Source: an uncultured delta proteobacterium
GTDB taxonomy: Bacteria; Bdellovibrionota; FAC87; UBA2466
DNA length: 64,000 nt
Assembly (NCBI GenBank): GCA_963778115.1
Contig: CAVZSV010000004.1
Location: forward strand, 2,240,001 to 2,304,000
Direction of reading: 5' to 3'
A program made the position numbers and the translations under genes. Of the stretch, positions 27,674 to 37,791 are shown one piece after another. Below the pieces are notes generated by a model, which worked only from the letters and a program-made list of their open reading frames with translations, ran no database searches and had not been told where the DNA came from. Within the stretch, counting starts at the first letter, position 1. Each line of letters begins with the position of its first letter.

Positions 27674-28426
27674 CTAGCGGCAGCGGATATCTTCTTCGAA
27701 ATATTTCTGGCTAAGGCGAGCGAAACTTCCGTTGGTCATTAATTGAGTCAGAGAAGCGTTGAGAGCCGTCTGGAGAGGCTCGTTTCCTTTAGAAACCACC
27801 ATTGCATTTCTCTGGGGAAATAAGATTTCGCCTAATTGAGCGTCTTTATGGCCTCTACTCTTGACCGCCTGGAGCGCCACAAACCTTTCGGTGACCCAAG
27901 CGTCCGCTTTATGATTGAGAAGATTTTGAAAACCGGCATTCTCATTGGGCAGCGTGCGCAGCTCTTTGATGCTCTTATCTTTCTTAAGGTAGTCAAAGTA
28001 GACGGTGCCCACGGGAACCACGACAATTTTTCCCGCTAAATCCTTTTGCGTGCGAGGGCCGCCTTTGAGAGAGACGATGACGGCCCCGGTACAATAGTGG
28101 GGGGCTAGAAAGCTCACCACTTTTTCCCGCTCGGGCGTTATGGCGTGTGAAGTTGCAATCAGATCAAACCGATCGCCCTTGAGTCCTACCAGTAGCGAAT
28201 TAAAGGGTTGTACTACCCATTCTACTTTCAAACCCAATGCCATCGCCATTTCAGTCGCAAGGTCGACTTCGAATCCGGTTAGTTTCTTACCCACAAAATA
28301 ATTAAAGCCGGGAGTTTCGCCGTCGACAGCGATCTTAAGCACGCCCGATTTTTTTATGTCATCCAGAGAACGACCGAATCCGAGGAAACAGAGAGCAAAA
28401 GAGACCACAAAAAGAAATAACTTCAT
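27674..28426 (-). CDS. Amino-acid ABC transporter substrate-binding protein (family 3)
   Basis: LDDIKKSGVLKIA, GFEVDLA, GDRFDLIA, ITPEREK. Confidence 0.9.
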   Translation of the reverse strand: MKLFLFVVSFALCFLGFGRSLDDIKKSGVLKIAVDGETPGFNYFVGKKLTGFEVDLATEMAMALGLKVEWVVQPFNSLLVGLKGDRFDLIATSHAITPEREKVVSFLAPHYCTGAVIVSLKGGPRTQKDLAGKIVVVPVGTVYFDYLKKDKSIKELRTLPNENAGFQNLLNHKADAWVTERFVALQAVKSRGHKDAQLGEILFPQRNAMVVSKGNEPLQTALNASLTQLMTNGSFARLSQKYFEEDIRCR

Positions 28427-28451
28427 GGACGGGAATTACTCCCAATCCGTC

Positions 28452-28480
28452 AAAAAGGAAAGGGCGCCTTTCGGCGCCCT
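28452..28480 (-). terminator. Rho-independent terminator
   Basis: Minus strand AGGGCGCC-GAAA-GGCGCCCT followed by TTCCTTTTT, downstream of the 28519 stop. Confidence 0.7.
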
Positions 28481-28518
28481 CAATAGAACCATTCTTGTCT
28501 CTACGTTCCGCTTCTCGA

Positions 28519-29067
28519 TTAGTAGTTATGGACGAATGGATTGGTTTGAACAGAAACCACGGGTTCGGGATTGCCAAAGAGGGTTCGGGTCCCGTCTTGG
28601 CCGGCGCTATTGATTAGCGTCGCTTCCCAACCGAATTTTTGATAGTCCTCGCAAAGTCGTGTGCTGTGATCGACTACTTGAAGCGTTCGAGGATTGCGAG
28701 TCACATTCCCTTGAAGATCCGCGGGAACGAATTCTTGCGCAATGTAAAACGTACTTCCACAAGCGCCCGTCCTTATCGTCTTAACAATAAAAAGTGCGGT
28801 CTCGGGGATGGGACTGCAAGTTCCCGGCAAGCAATGCATGCGGTGCTCTTCGAAAAAGGTAAACGAGGTAGGACGCGCCGAACCGTCTTCCCGATTCATC
28901 GTTAAAGTCTTGTCGAGTCCGATGGTAACTTCGTGTCCCGTAGCGTCTTGTTCCTCAAGACTTGCCTGGAACACAGGGCGCTGCCAACCCGGAGCGATAA
29001 TTCCGTACGCATGATAGGCGCTAATCATAAAAATAATGCCGAGACATTTACTCCATGTGTTATTCAT
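28519..29067 (-). CDS. Hypothetical secreted Cys-containing protein
   Basis: ATG at 29067 with GGAGGA RBS; signal peptide; GACGSTFYIA and LQVVDHSTRLCED motifs. Confidence 0.7.
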   Translation of the reverse strand: MNNTWSKCLGIIFMISAYHAYGIIAPGWQRPVFQASLEEQDATGHEVTIGLDKTLTMNREDGSARPTSFTFFEEHRMHCLPGTCSPIPETALFIVKTIRTGACGSTFYIAQEFVPADLQGNVTRNPRTLQVVDHSTRLCEDYQKFGWEATLINSAGQDGTRTLFGNPEPVVSVQTNPFVHNY

Positions 29068-29126
29068 TTCAAAATCCTCCAAAAAAGTTTTGGCCCCAAA
29101 TTGTGAGACAACGCGGGGAGGTCTAA

Positions 29127-29141
29127 GCAATCATCATGCCA
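29127..29141 (-). promoter_or_regulatory. Sigma-54 -24/-12 promoter
   Basis: TGGCATGATGATTGC, canonical GG-N10-GC spacing, 60 bp before ATG 29067. Confidence 0.65.
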
Positions 29142-29354
29142 GAAGGCGGATAGAGAAATTCCTCAGTAAGTTTCACGGGGCGTCGTGACTGCGCGCCGGA
29201 TTAATTCACCCAAGTGGTGCCATTAAGCCTCGCGTTATCGACGAAAAACTACGAGGTAATTCCAAAATGGGTACGCTATAATAGGAATGAACCTCTAGTC
29301 TCCTTTAGATCGAATTCTTTCCAACCACCGTCTTAACTTAAAGGGAATTCTCAT

Positions 29355-30347
29355 ATGTTGCCATCGACTGAAGTCGACTCATCTTCTTCGTTTGCACGAT
29401 CGGAAAGCCGCGCGACTCAAGCGGCACCAAACAAATCCATGCTATGGGAAAAAGTTCCCTGCAATCTCTGCGGTTCTTGGGAAGTGGAAACCAAGTACGA
29501 AGGCACGACCGATCAGGACATGGAGAAGATGCTCAAGTCCTATAGTGCTTCGGGAAATTTCATCTCCCAAGAAACTTTAGTGAAGTGCAAGAAATGCGAA
29601 CTAGTCTTTACGTCGCCCCGTCTTCGTCGCGATCTCATTTTAAAGAGTTACACCGAAGCCGAAGACCCGACCTACGTTTCCCAAGCTGAAGGGCGAATTA
29701 AGAGTTTCGAGCGGTGTTTCAAAGCCGTCACCAAATACCAAGCCACGGGAAAAATTTTAGACGTAGGAGCTGCCGCTGGGTTTTTCTTAAAGGTTGCTAA
29801 AGAGGCGGGTTGGAAGACTTATGGTATCGAACCTTCCCTTTATCTGTCGGCCTACGGAAACCGTAACTACGACGTCAACATTCAATGCGGAACGATTGAA
29901 ACCGTTCCTCCGTTATCGGAAAAGATGGATGTAGTGACCCTATGGGATGTTCTCGAGCATACTTTCGAGCCGAAAGATGTCCTAAAGCGTTGCAACGGGT
30001 ATTTGCGTCAGGGCGGAATCGTAGTCATTAACTATCCCAATATCGGAAACTGGATGGCCAAGATGGCCGGACGAAAATATTGGTTCATTCTTTCCGTTCA
30101 TCTTTACTACTTTGTTCCCAAGACCATCGCTGAAATGTTGCGGCAGACCGGATTTGAAGTGCTTGAAGATGCTCCTCACTACCAGTGGTTGCAACTAGGC
30201 TATCTGTTGTATCGGTTGGAAGCCTATGTCCCCTCCGTGGCCAAGTTCTTTGGAAAGGTAGCGAAGTTTTTGCACTGTGACCAATTACTCATTCCTTACT
30301 ACGCCGCGCAAACGCGTGTCATCGCCAGAAAGGTAAGTCCTGTATGA
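29355..30347 (+). CDS. Class I SAM-dependent methyltransferase with N-terminal CxxC motifs
   Basis: CNLCG, CKKCEL, ILDVGAAAG, WDVLEH. Confidence 0.88.
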   Translation: MLPSTEVDSSSSFARSESRATQAAPNKSMLWEKVPCNLCGSWEVETKYEGTTDQDMEKMLKSYSASGNFISQETLVKCKKCELVFTSPRLRRDLILKSYTEAEDPTYVSQAEGRIKSFERCFKAVTKYQATGKILDVGAAAGFFLKVAKEAGWKTYGIEPSLYLSAYGNRNYDVNIQCGTIETVPPLSEKMDVVTLWDVLEHTFEPKDVLKRCNGYLRQGGIVVINYPNIGNWMAKMAGRKYWFILSVHLYYFVPKTIAEMLRQTGFEVLEDAPHYQWLQLGYLLYRLEAYVPSVAKFFGKVAKFLHCDQLLIPYYAAQTRVIARKVSPV

Positions 30348-31780
30348 GCGGTATTGAAAGACGCAAAAAAGTAGTGGTGTTAGGAGCGGGAGTCACGGGC
30401 CTTAGTGCGGCTTACCGATTGAGCCGTAGTGGGGATGTCCAAGTCGATGTCGTCGAGAAGGAAGCACTTCCCGGAGGAGTTTGCCGGAGCTTTACTGAGG
30501 GGGACTTCATTTTGGATCACGGCCCTCATAAATTTTATACGCTTATCGATGGCATTTTAGACGAACTGTGTGCCTTGATGGGCGATGACCTGCTGGAAAG
30601 GGACAAAACCCAGAGCCTCTATTTCGCCGGCAAGTATTTTAGTTTTCCTCTGAAGATGAGCGAAATGGTACTTAAGTTTCCGCCCACGACTAGTGCTCAA
30701 GTTCTTTTAAGCTACGCCGCTCAAATATTAAAAAATCAGTTCGCCCCAAAACAGGCGATTACGTATGAAGATTTTATCGTGGAGCGTTTCGGACGCGGCC
30801 TCTATCAGCAGATCTTTGAACCGATGGCACGAAAGGTATTTGGAGCCCCCGAAGGTCTCGATAGAAAATTAGCCGAAGTTCGGGTTTCGACACCCGGACT
30901 CATGGCCGTCATTAAACAGGTACTCTTTAAATCAAAAGTGGACAGGACCGTTTCAGCCCCCATGTTTCATTATCCCAAGTACGGTTACGGAATGATTCCT
31001 CAAAGGCTTCAGGAGAAATCTGAAGCCAATGGAGCCAAATACCATTTAGGAGCTAAGGTTCTTAAGATCGAAACCAAAGACGGAAAAGCTTCAGCCGTTG
31101 TTATCGAAAACAAGAACGGTGAAACGGTCAGATTAGAATGCGATTACATCGTCTATACGATTCCGCTCTCCGCTTTGGAAAAGTTGCTAATGAGCGAAGT
31201 CTCTCCCGAGATTCGAGAGGCAACACGATTTGTCTCTTACCGGCATTCCATTATCTATTACTATTTGTTGAAATCGGAACCGGTATTACCGGCTATTTGG
31301 GTATTTTGCCCTGAATCGAAATTCAGATTTGGGCGGCTGAGCGAGATGGTGAAATTCTCACCTCATACGGCTCCTCCCGGTCATACCTCTCTCATGGTGG
31401 ATTTTACCTGCGAAGGAAATGACCCGGTATGGTCGATGGACGACAAAGCTCTAGGTGAAATGCTGTATCAGCAGCTAGAGCCAATGAAGTTGTTCGGCCG
31501 TCCCCAAATATTAAAGAGCTTCTCGAAGCGGTTTCCCAATCTTTATCCCACCTACTCGGTGGGTTACCAAAAGCACATTGCGGCAATCCGTTCCTTGGAA
31601 AAACAGCTAAATAACCTGTTCTTTATTGGTAGGCTCGGAGACTTCAATTACAACAACGCCGATCAATGCCTAGATATGGGGTTCCGTGCCGCCGATCACA
31701 TCATTGAAAAGGGTGGCGTTGACTTGGGCTGGCAACAGCTACGCAGTCAACAGTTTGAACAATATAAGATCGTAGACTGA
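30344..31780 (+). CDS. FAD-dependent oxidoreductase (UDP-galactopyranose mutase/protoporphyrinogen oxidase-like)
   Basis: VVLGAGVTGL, GGVCRS, DHGPHKF, GRLGDFNYNNADQC. Confidence 0.85.
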   Translation: MSGIERRKKVVVLGAGVTGLSAAYRLSRSGDVQVDVVEKEALPGGVCRSFTEGDFILDHGPHKFYTLIDGILDELCALMGDDLLERDKTQSLYFAGKYFSFPLKMSEMVLKFPPTTSAQVLLSYAAQILKNQFAPKQAITYEDFIVERFGRGLYQQIFEPMARKVFGAPEGLDRKLAEVRVSTPGLMAVIKQVLFKSKVDRTVSAPMFHYPKYGYGMIPQRLQEKSEANGAKYHLGAKVLKIETKDGKASAVVIENKNGETVRLECDYIVYTIPLSALEKLLMSEVSPEIREATRFVSYRHSIIYYYLLKSEPVLPAIWVFCPESKFRFGRLSEMVKFSPHTAPPGHTSLMVDFTCEGNDPVWSMDDKALGEMLYQQLEPMKLFGRPQILKSFSKRFPNLYPTYSVGYQKHIAAIRSLEKQLNNLFFIGRLGDFNYNNADQCLDMGFRAADHIIEKGGVDLGWQQLRSQQFEQYKIVD

Positions 31781-31804
31781 AACTAATTTGATCCAAGAAA
31801 ACCT

Positions 31805-33322
31805 ATGAGGCGTATTCATGCGAATCGAACCAGTCGCATCTATTTCACGTGTACCTTTGCGCTCTGGGTTTTAGTAAATGTCATTTACGTGGCTTGGGAA
31901 GCGAAGCCGCCGTTTTTAGATGTCTTTCTCTTTAAAGAGGCGGGTGTTAATTTAGCCACCGAAGGCAGGTTTGTTGCCGCTAACCTCCCTCACATGCCTC
32001 CCGAAACCTCTCTCGCCTATGCGTATTACGCCCCTCTCTATCCTTTCACTTACGGTCTTTGGACCTCCGTCTTAGGCGTCGGACTGAAACAATCCATTCT
32101 TTTCGATCATCTGATCAAAGGAGCGCGAAGTTTAATTATTTTTCTTTTTCTGGCTCCTTGGCTGATTCCTCGTCTGAATTACCATTCCTCCAAAGCGATT
32201 GCCGTTCTACTGTCACTATTAACCCTGTCTTTCTTGCCCTATTACAACGATAGGCCAGACGAATTGGCGCTGGTCTTTGGCCTAATGAGTTGGCTTTTTA
32301 TTTCAGGTCCCGAGCCTTTCGGGAAACACTTTACCTGGTCTGGCGTCTTTTTAGGCCTCTGTGCCGCCACTTCGCCCGTGGCGGCGATGTTATTTGGCAT
32401 GGGCTCAATCTGCTATTTTTTAAGCAACCACTCCCCGTGGCGCACCATCGTTCCTAAGGCGATAGCGGTGGTTGCTGTATTTTCGCTTTGCATGCTTCCT
32501 CTGGTTCTTCTGGACGGTACGGCTTGGTCGCGATTTTTCGCGGATTTACCCCTCTCCTTTTTTCCCACGAACACCTGTGCGCTTGGGAAATCTTGGATTC
32601 AGCGTGCCGGCTTCGCTTTTCTGCCGCTGACCATGTTCCTGGCGATGACGTTATTGTTTCTTAGAAGAGTTCGTGGAGTATCAGGTCGAATATGGCAACC
32701 CTATCTTGTCGCTTCCGCTCTGTACGCCGTTATTTCCACTTTCGTGTGGTCGGCCCAACCCCGTTATTTATGGTTTCCCTGTATCACTTCCTTTTTGGTG
32801 ATGGCAGCTCTGTGGCTGGATGATTCGAGCGACGTCTCTTGGCTTAGTCGCAGAAATTCTCTCGTTTTCGCGGGATTAGCGATAGCTTTAATTCCAGGAA
32901 TCTGTTTCGAAGCGAGATTTCTTGCCGAAGCCATGGAAAGGCCGGACGGAGAATCCGGCCGGGCGATTAGAGAAAAGGTCCTCTCTTATCTCGAACCTTC
33001 GGCTCGGCTTGCCGTACCCCCGGATCAATTTTTTACCTTTCGATCTGCTAAAGAGATCTCCATGACCTCTTATGTCTGCCCGTGGCTCGATCAATACGAC
33101 TATGTCTATATGACTCCGCACGACGATTCCAAAGAGGCCTCTTTACCGGTCATCTCACATTGCGAAGAACAAAAGCACTGCTTCACCGCTTTTAAAGACT
33201 TTAGAGATCCCAGGACGCTGACCGTTTTGGGCTATGAAACTTCGCATATGGTTTACGGCAATGGCGGTATTCTCTTTAAGAACACGAATTGCAGGGGAAG
33301 TTGGCATGCCCAAAACCCATAA
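31805..33322 (+). CDS. Multi-TM GT-C-like glycosyltransferase
   Basis: About 11 TM segments; DVFLFKEAG, YAPLYPF, DRPDEL. Confidence 0.65.
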   Translation: MRRIHANRTSRIYFTCTFALWVLVNVIYVAWEAKPPFLDVFLFKEAGVNLATEGRFVAANLPHMPPETSLAYAYYAPLYPFTYGLWTSVLGVGLKQSILFDHLIKGARSLIIFLFLAPWLIPRLNYHSSKAIAVLLSLLTLSFLPYYNDRPDELALVFGLMSWLFISGPEPFGKHFTWSGVFLGLCAATSPVAAMLFGMGSICYFLSNHSPWRTIVPKAIAVVAVFSLCMLPLVLLDGTAWSRFFADLPLSFFPTNTCALGKSWIQRAGFAFLPLTMFLAMTLLFLRRVRGVSGRIWQPYLVASALYAVISTFVWSAQPRYLWFPCITSFLVMAALWLDDSSDVSWLSRRNSLVFAGLAIALIPGICFEARFLAEAMERPDGESGRAIREKVLSYLEPSARLAVPPDQFFTFRSAKEISMTSYVCPWLDQYDYVYMTPHDDSKEASLPVISHCEEQKHCFTAFKDFRDPRTLTVLGYETSHMVYGNGGILFKNTNCRGSWHAQNP

Positions 33323-34832
33323 AATTTTTTGGAGCATGCTCGTCATCGTCTGGCTCGGGTTGCAAGCCTTCACGGTAATGTCTGAGGCGAAGCTTCCCTC
33401 TACCGACGTCTTCTTGTTCAAAGAAGCCGGAATCAATTTTGCCTTGCATGGCAAGCTCGCCGCAAAGAACTTGCCCAATATGCCAGCCGATCAGGAACTG
33501 GTATTTTCCTACTACCCACCTGCATATCCTTTTTGTTTTGGCGTATGGACTAAGTTTGTCGGTATTGGTCTCAAACAGTCGCTGGCCTTTGATACTTTAC
33601 TTCGAATTTTGCGGACCCTGCTAATGGGACTTTTCTTTTTGCCTTGGTTCCGCGGGACTCCAAAGAGCCGTTGGCTTTTAGTAGGATCTTTATTTTTAGT
33701 GAGTTTCCTATCCAGCGACGGAGATCGCCCCGACGAACTGGCGATGGTCTGGGGATGGGCGGCTTGGCTGTCCATTCGAGAGGCCAGGCGGTGGATCGCT
33801 TTTGGTTTGGGGGGAATCCTCCTTGGCCTTTGTGCCGCGACCTCTCCTGCCGCGGGAGTGTTTTTCGTCATGGGCGCTTTGGCAGTAGGTTTCTACAGCG
33901 GGGTATGGGAACTTTTTGAAGCTTTTTTATCGGCGGTTGTCGCTGGTTTCACCTTTATCTTGTGTAATCTGCCAATCTATCTGAGCGATAGATTGGCGTA
34001 CTCGAGATTTTCAAAACAGGTTCCGCTCTCTACCTTTCCGTATCTAGTCGCCTGGAAAGAGCACCGAGGATTTGCCGGAGTGGCGCAAAGTTTTTTCACC
34101 GAGATGAAGCATCCCTTCATCGTGGCGGGCCCCCTTCTATTCTTCGTGGGATTTCTTACGATTACGATGGCAGTAGTATTAGTTCGTTTAGGTAAGCGAA
34201 TGGCCCCGCCGCTAAGAGCCCTGCTCGTCAGCTCCTTTCTCTATGTTGTTCTTTGCGTCCTTGTCTGGACGTTGCAACCGAACTATTTGTGGTTTTGCGG
34301 TCTTTGTTTCCTTGGCCTTTTTCTTTCGGCGATGGGAAGTCACGAAAGATTCGGACAGGCTATCTCGGCCCTTGTCGTGATGATTGCGTTGGGCCCGTTA
34401 CTTCTACGAGAGGTTAAGAGCTATTCGGGAGCTTTAGAGAGACAGAACGGCGACCTGTCAGAGACGATTCGATCAGAAGTTATGCCGATTGTCGGAATGG
34501 ATTCGAAATTTGCGGTCACTCACGATCAGTATTTTACTTTTCGTGGTGATCGCGAAGTGGAAAATATCCAGTACGTTTGCAGGCGATTAAACGAATACGA
34601 TTTTGTGTATGTCACGCGCTACAACTCCGCTAGCCTTTCCGATCCCAAGCCCTATCACATTCCTTGCGACGGAAATACCGGTTGCTTCACGGTGAAGTTG
34701 GATCTTAGCCAAGCGCATCGCTATCATTTGCTGGGATACGCAGCGCCCTATGTAGTCAAAGGAAGCTCCGGCATCCTTTATGAAAATACTGCCTGCCCTC
34801 ATCCCACTCGTGCCCTTTCCATGAATCCTTAG
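33306..34832 (+). CDS. Multi-TM GT-C-like glycosyltransferase, paralog of the previous gene
   Basis: ATG 33306 (MPKTHK); shares DVFLFKEAG.N, DRPDELA, LGLCAATSP, DQ.FTFR. Confidence 0.65.
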   Translation: MPKTHKIFWSMLVIVWLGLQAFTVMSEAKLPSTDVFLFKEAGINFALHGKLAAKNLPNMPADQELVFSYYPPAYPFCFGVWTKFVGIGLKQSLAFDTLLRILRTLLMGLFFLPWFRGTPKSRWLLVGSLFLVSFLSSDGDRPDELAMVWGWAAWLSIREARRWIAFGLGGILLGLCAATSPAAGVFFVMGALAVGFYSGVWELFEAFLSAVVAGFTFILCNLPIYLSDRLAYSRFSKQVPLSTFPYLVAWKEHRGFAGVAQSFFTEMKHPFIVAGPLLFFVGFLTITMAVVLVRLGKRMAPPLRALLVSSFLYVVLCVLVWTLQPNYLWFCGLCFLGLFLSAMGSHERFGQAISALVVMIALGPLLLREVKSYSGALERQNGDLSETIRSEVMPIVGMDSKFAVTHDQYFTFRGDREVENIQYVCRRLNEYDFVYVTRYNSASLSDPKPYHIPCDGNTGCFTVKLDLSQAHRYHLLGYAAPYVVKGSSGILYENTACPHPTRALSMNP

Positions 34833-34888
34833 GCAAAGTGCCAGCAATCCATTTGGCCGTCTCCCAAACTTCGTGGTAGATCCCCATC

Positions 34889-35539
34889 ATGAGCCACGTA
34901 ATTTTGCATCAGTTTCCTCATAGCCATTTTTGTATCCGTATTCGCTGGGCGCTAGCGATGAAGGGGATCCCCTTTGAGACGCGTAACTACATGCCCTCCT
35001 CCATCGATGAGGTGGAGAAATTGTCGGGAGGATGGAGAATGGTTCCGGTTCTCCAATGGGAGAACGAGTTTATTACCGATTCTCCTCGCATCGCGCGTTT
35101 CATTGAGTCTAAGAAGGACAGCCCCCCTCTTTATCCGGGCGACGCCACGGCTGCGCTGTGCGACATGATAAATGGCTGGGTAGATACCAAAGTCATGACG
35201 AGTGCCGCGCGTTTTTTGGTGGGGGATCTATTGCGTTTTATGCCTAAAGATGAAGATCGCAAACGCTACCGTGCGCGGTTTGAAACAGCACACGGAATGG
35301 CCCCGGAAGCGGCGGTGGCAAAGCGTGCGGAGTATGCGAAGGAATTAGAAAGTCATTGGAGCCTGATAGAAGCTCAATTGCAAAACCAAAGTTACTTGTT
35401 AGGAGAAAAGCTTTCTTACGCCGATTTAGGAGTCGCTTCACGGCTGAGATTGATGGAGATGGTTGGCGGTTACGCAGTGCCGGGGCAGTTTCATCGAATG
35501 AGAGAGTGGTATCGCGGCATTCGCTCGATTGCGGATTAG
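34889..35539 (+). CDS. Glutathione S-transferase family protein
   Basis: SHFCIRIRWAL, MVPVL, DSPRIARFIE, YLLGEKLSYAD. Confidence 0.88.
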   Translation: MSHVILHQFPHSHFCIRIRWALAMKGIPFETRNYMPSSIDEVEKLSGGWRMVPVLQWENEFITDSPRIARFIESKKDSPPLYPGDATAALCDMINGWVDTKVMTSAARFLVGDLLRFMPKDEDRKRYRARFETAHGMAPEAAVAKRAEYAKELESHWSLIEAQLQNQSYLLGEKLSYADLGVASRLRLMEMVGGYAVPGQFHRMREWYRGIRSIAD

Positions 35540-35749
35540 CTTAGCTGTCGCTTGGCATATTGCGAGGCCGTAAGGTTGAAATGTTTTGAGTCGTCGTCTC
35601 CTTGACTTACCCCTTGACTCCCTTTCCCGTTTACCGAGGGATCCGAAAGGGCGACGCGGCAATCTGTAGAAAGTGGCCTACTTGCCAACCTCATTTGCCT
35701 AAGGCATCCTTTCCCATCATTTTCTAATCGTGATTCGGAGGATTTTTCC

Positions 35750-36409
35750 ATGAAGTATGATTCATTCATTCGCATCGTTGTCGCAAGTACCTTTGGGGCT
35801 TTAGCTTGCCTCAGCGCGTTGGCCACGGGTGCTGAATGGCAAATTGATCCGGCGCATTCGAACGTCGGATTTAAAGTTCGCCATATGATGATTTCCAATG
35901 TGGAAGGCACGTTCAGCGATATCTCTGGAACCTTCGATATTCCCGAAAAGGACGTCACTAAACTCAAAGCCGAAGCGACCATCGGAGTAAATTCCATTTC
36001 AACGAATCAGGAAAAACGAGATGCCCATTTAAAGAGCCCTGATTTTTTTGATGTCACAAAGTTTCCCACTATTACGTTTAAATCTACGAAGGTCGCCAAG
36101 AAGGCGAAAGGAAAACTCGAGATCGACGGCAAGCTCACGATGCACGGAGTGACGAAAGACGTAAAACTCGACGTAGATGAACTGACTCCTCCTATTAAAG
36201 ATATGTCGGGAGGTCTCAAACGTGGCATGGAGGCCAGTACTAAAATTAGTCGGAAGGATTTTGGGCTGACCTGGAACAAGGCACTTGAAACTGGTGGCGT
36301 CGCCGTCGGCGATGAAGTGAAGGTGACGTTGAACTTGGAATTGGGCGAAGTAAAAGCGAAGACCACCGGGGATGACAAAAAGGCAGAAGAGGCCAAGCCA
36401 AAAAGTTAG
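35750..36409 (+). CDS. yceI: YceI polyisoprenoid-binding protein
   Basis: WQIDPAHSNVGFKVRHMMIS, RDAHLKSPDFFD, ISRKDFGLTWN. Confidence 0.93.
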   Translation: MKYDSFIRIVVASTFGALACLSALATGAEWQIDPAHSNVGFKVRHMMISNVEGTFSDISGTFDIPEKDVTKLKAEATIGVNSISTNQEKRDAHLKSPDFFDVTKFPTITFKSTKVAKKAKGKLEIDGKLTMHGVTKDVKLDVDELTPPIKDMSGGLKRGMEASTKISRKDFGLTWNKALETGGVAVGDEVKVTLNLELGEVKAKTTGDDKKAEEAKPKS

Positions 36410-36423
36410 AGGTCTTGTTGTCT

Positions 36424-36487
36424 CGAGGCCCGCAGAGGAAAGATAAGGGGACTTAACGCGCTCTTTATCTCAACTCCCCGGGCCTCG
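36424..36487. terminator. Long imperfect hairpin between convergent yceI and mtaB
   Basis: CGAGGCCC...GGGCCTCG outer stem with inner AGATAAGGG/CTCTTTATCT. Confidence 0.45.
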
Positions 36488-36508
36488 CGATAACGAAACG
36501 ACTTTCTC

Positions 36509-37789
36509 TTAATGAACCCACACCCTCTCGCCTTCCACTTCGCGGATGGCCGCCTGAAATAGTTGCTTCGGCGAGACATTGTTAATCCGAGTATAGGTAG
36601 GCAAATAGTTTTCCGTATGGCCCAGCCACACGCCTTCCCTCTTTTCCGAGGGGCGTTCGAGGACTACCTCTTTGGCTTTGCCCATTTGCGAGTTTAAAAA
36701 CTGTTGGTATCGATGGTGGCTGAGATCTCTCAAGCGAGCTGAGCGTTCGGTGATGACTAATGGTTTCAAATGCCCGTCTAACTTTTCGGCTTGAGTCCCC
36801 GCACGCAACGAGAACGAAAAGACATGTAGTTTGGTCCACTGAGACGTTTCCAAAATTCGAACCGTCTCTTCAAAGGCCTCTTCCGTTTCGCCAGGGAAGC
36901 CCACAATAACGTCAACGCCGATAAAAGTATCGGGATTACACTCATGAATTTTCCGGGTGGCCTCAACAAACTCTTGGGACTTATAAATGCGGCGCATGCG
37001 CTTTAGGACTTCGTCGGATCCACTTTGAAGAGCAATGTGAAAATGCGGGCAGAGCCTTTTTTCCGTAGATAACATATGGAGCAAGTCGTCGGGAATTTCA
37101 AAGGGATCTAAAGTGCTAATCCTAATCCGAGGCCCTTCGGATTCAGCAAAGATCTGCCGCAGTAACTCCCACAAGCTCGTATTGAGATCCCACCCGTAAT
37201 GGGCCAAATGAATGCCGGTGAGTATAACTTCGTTAAAGCCTTGGGCATACGCTTCACGAATTTGTCTTAGAATCAATTCGGGTTTGAGACTTCGACTTCG
37301 GCCGCGGGCTTGAGGAATGATACAAAAGCTGCAACTGAAATTGCAGCCGTCTTGAATCTTAATGGATGCGCGCGCGTAACGAGATCCGCGAAAAGTCTCT
37401 GGCAAAAATCCGGTGGTAGGTCGCACCTGATCGCGTTCGAGCGTTTTTCCCTTTTGGACTTCCGAGAGCGTCTCCAAAATGGAGAGCTTGTTGGCTGTTC
37501 CTAAAACAAAATCAACGTCAGAAATAGCCAAGAGTTCTTCTTTAGCGACCTGAGCATAGCAGCCGATGACTCCGACCAGAGCTTTAGGGTTCAATCTCTT
37601 GTACCTTGAGACTTGGAAACGGGCGTCCCGATCCGCGTGGCTCGTGACGGTGCAACTATTGATGACGTAAGCATCGGCCCACTGATCTTCATCTACAATT
37701 TCGTGCCCTCGTCGGCGCGCTTCCAAGTAAAGAGCATCGGTATCCACACTATTGGCTTTGCAGCCGAAAGTTTTAAAGGCGATCTTCAT
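36509..37789 (-). CDS. mtaB: tRNA threonylcarbamoyladenosine methylthiotransferase MtaB
   Basis: TFGCKAN, INSCTVT, radical SAM KIQDGCNFSCSFCIIPQARG. Confidence 0.92.
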   Translation of the reverse strand: MKIAFKTFGCKANSVDTDALYLEARRRGHEIVDEDQWADAYVINSCTVTSHADRDARFQVSRYKRLNPKALVGVIGCYAQVAKEELLAISDVDFVLGTANKLSILETLSEVQKGKTLERDQVRPTTGFLPETFRGSRYARASIKIQDGCNFSCSFCIIPQARGRSRSLKPELILRQIREAYAQGFNEVILTGIHLAHYGWDLNTSLWELLRQIFAESEGPRIRISTLDPFEIPDDLLHMLSTEKRLCPHFHIALQSGSDEVLKRMRRIYKSQEFVEATRKIHECNPDTFIGVDVIVGFPGETEEAFEETVRILETSQWTKLHVFSFSLRAGTQAEKLDGHLKPLVITERSARLRDLSHHRYQQFLNSQMGKAKEVVLERPSEKREGVWLGHTENYLPTYTRINNVSPKQLFQAAIREVEGERVWVH

Positions 37790-37791
37790 GC

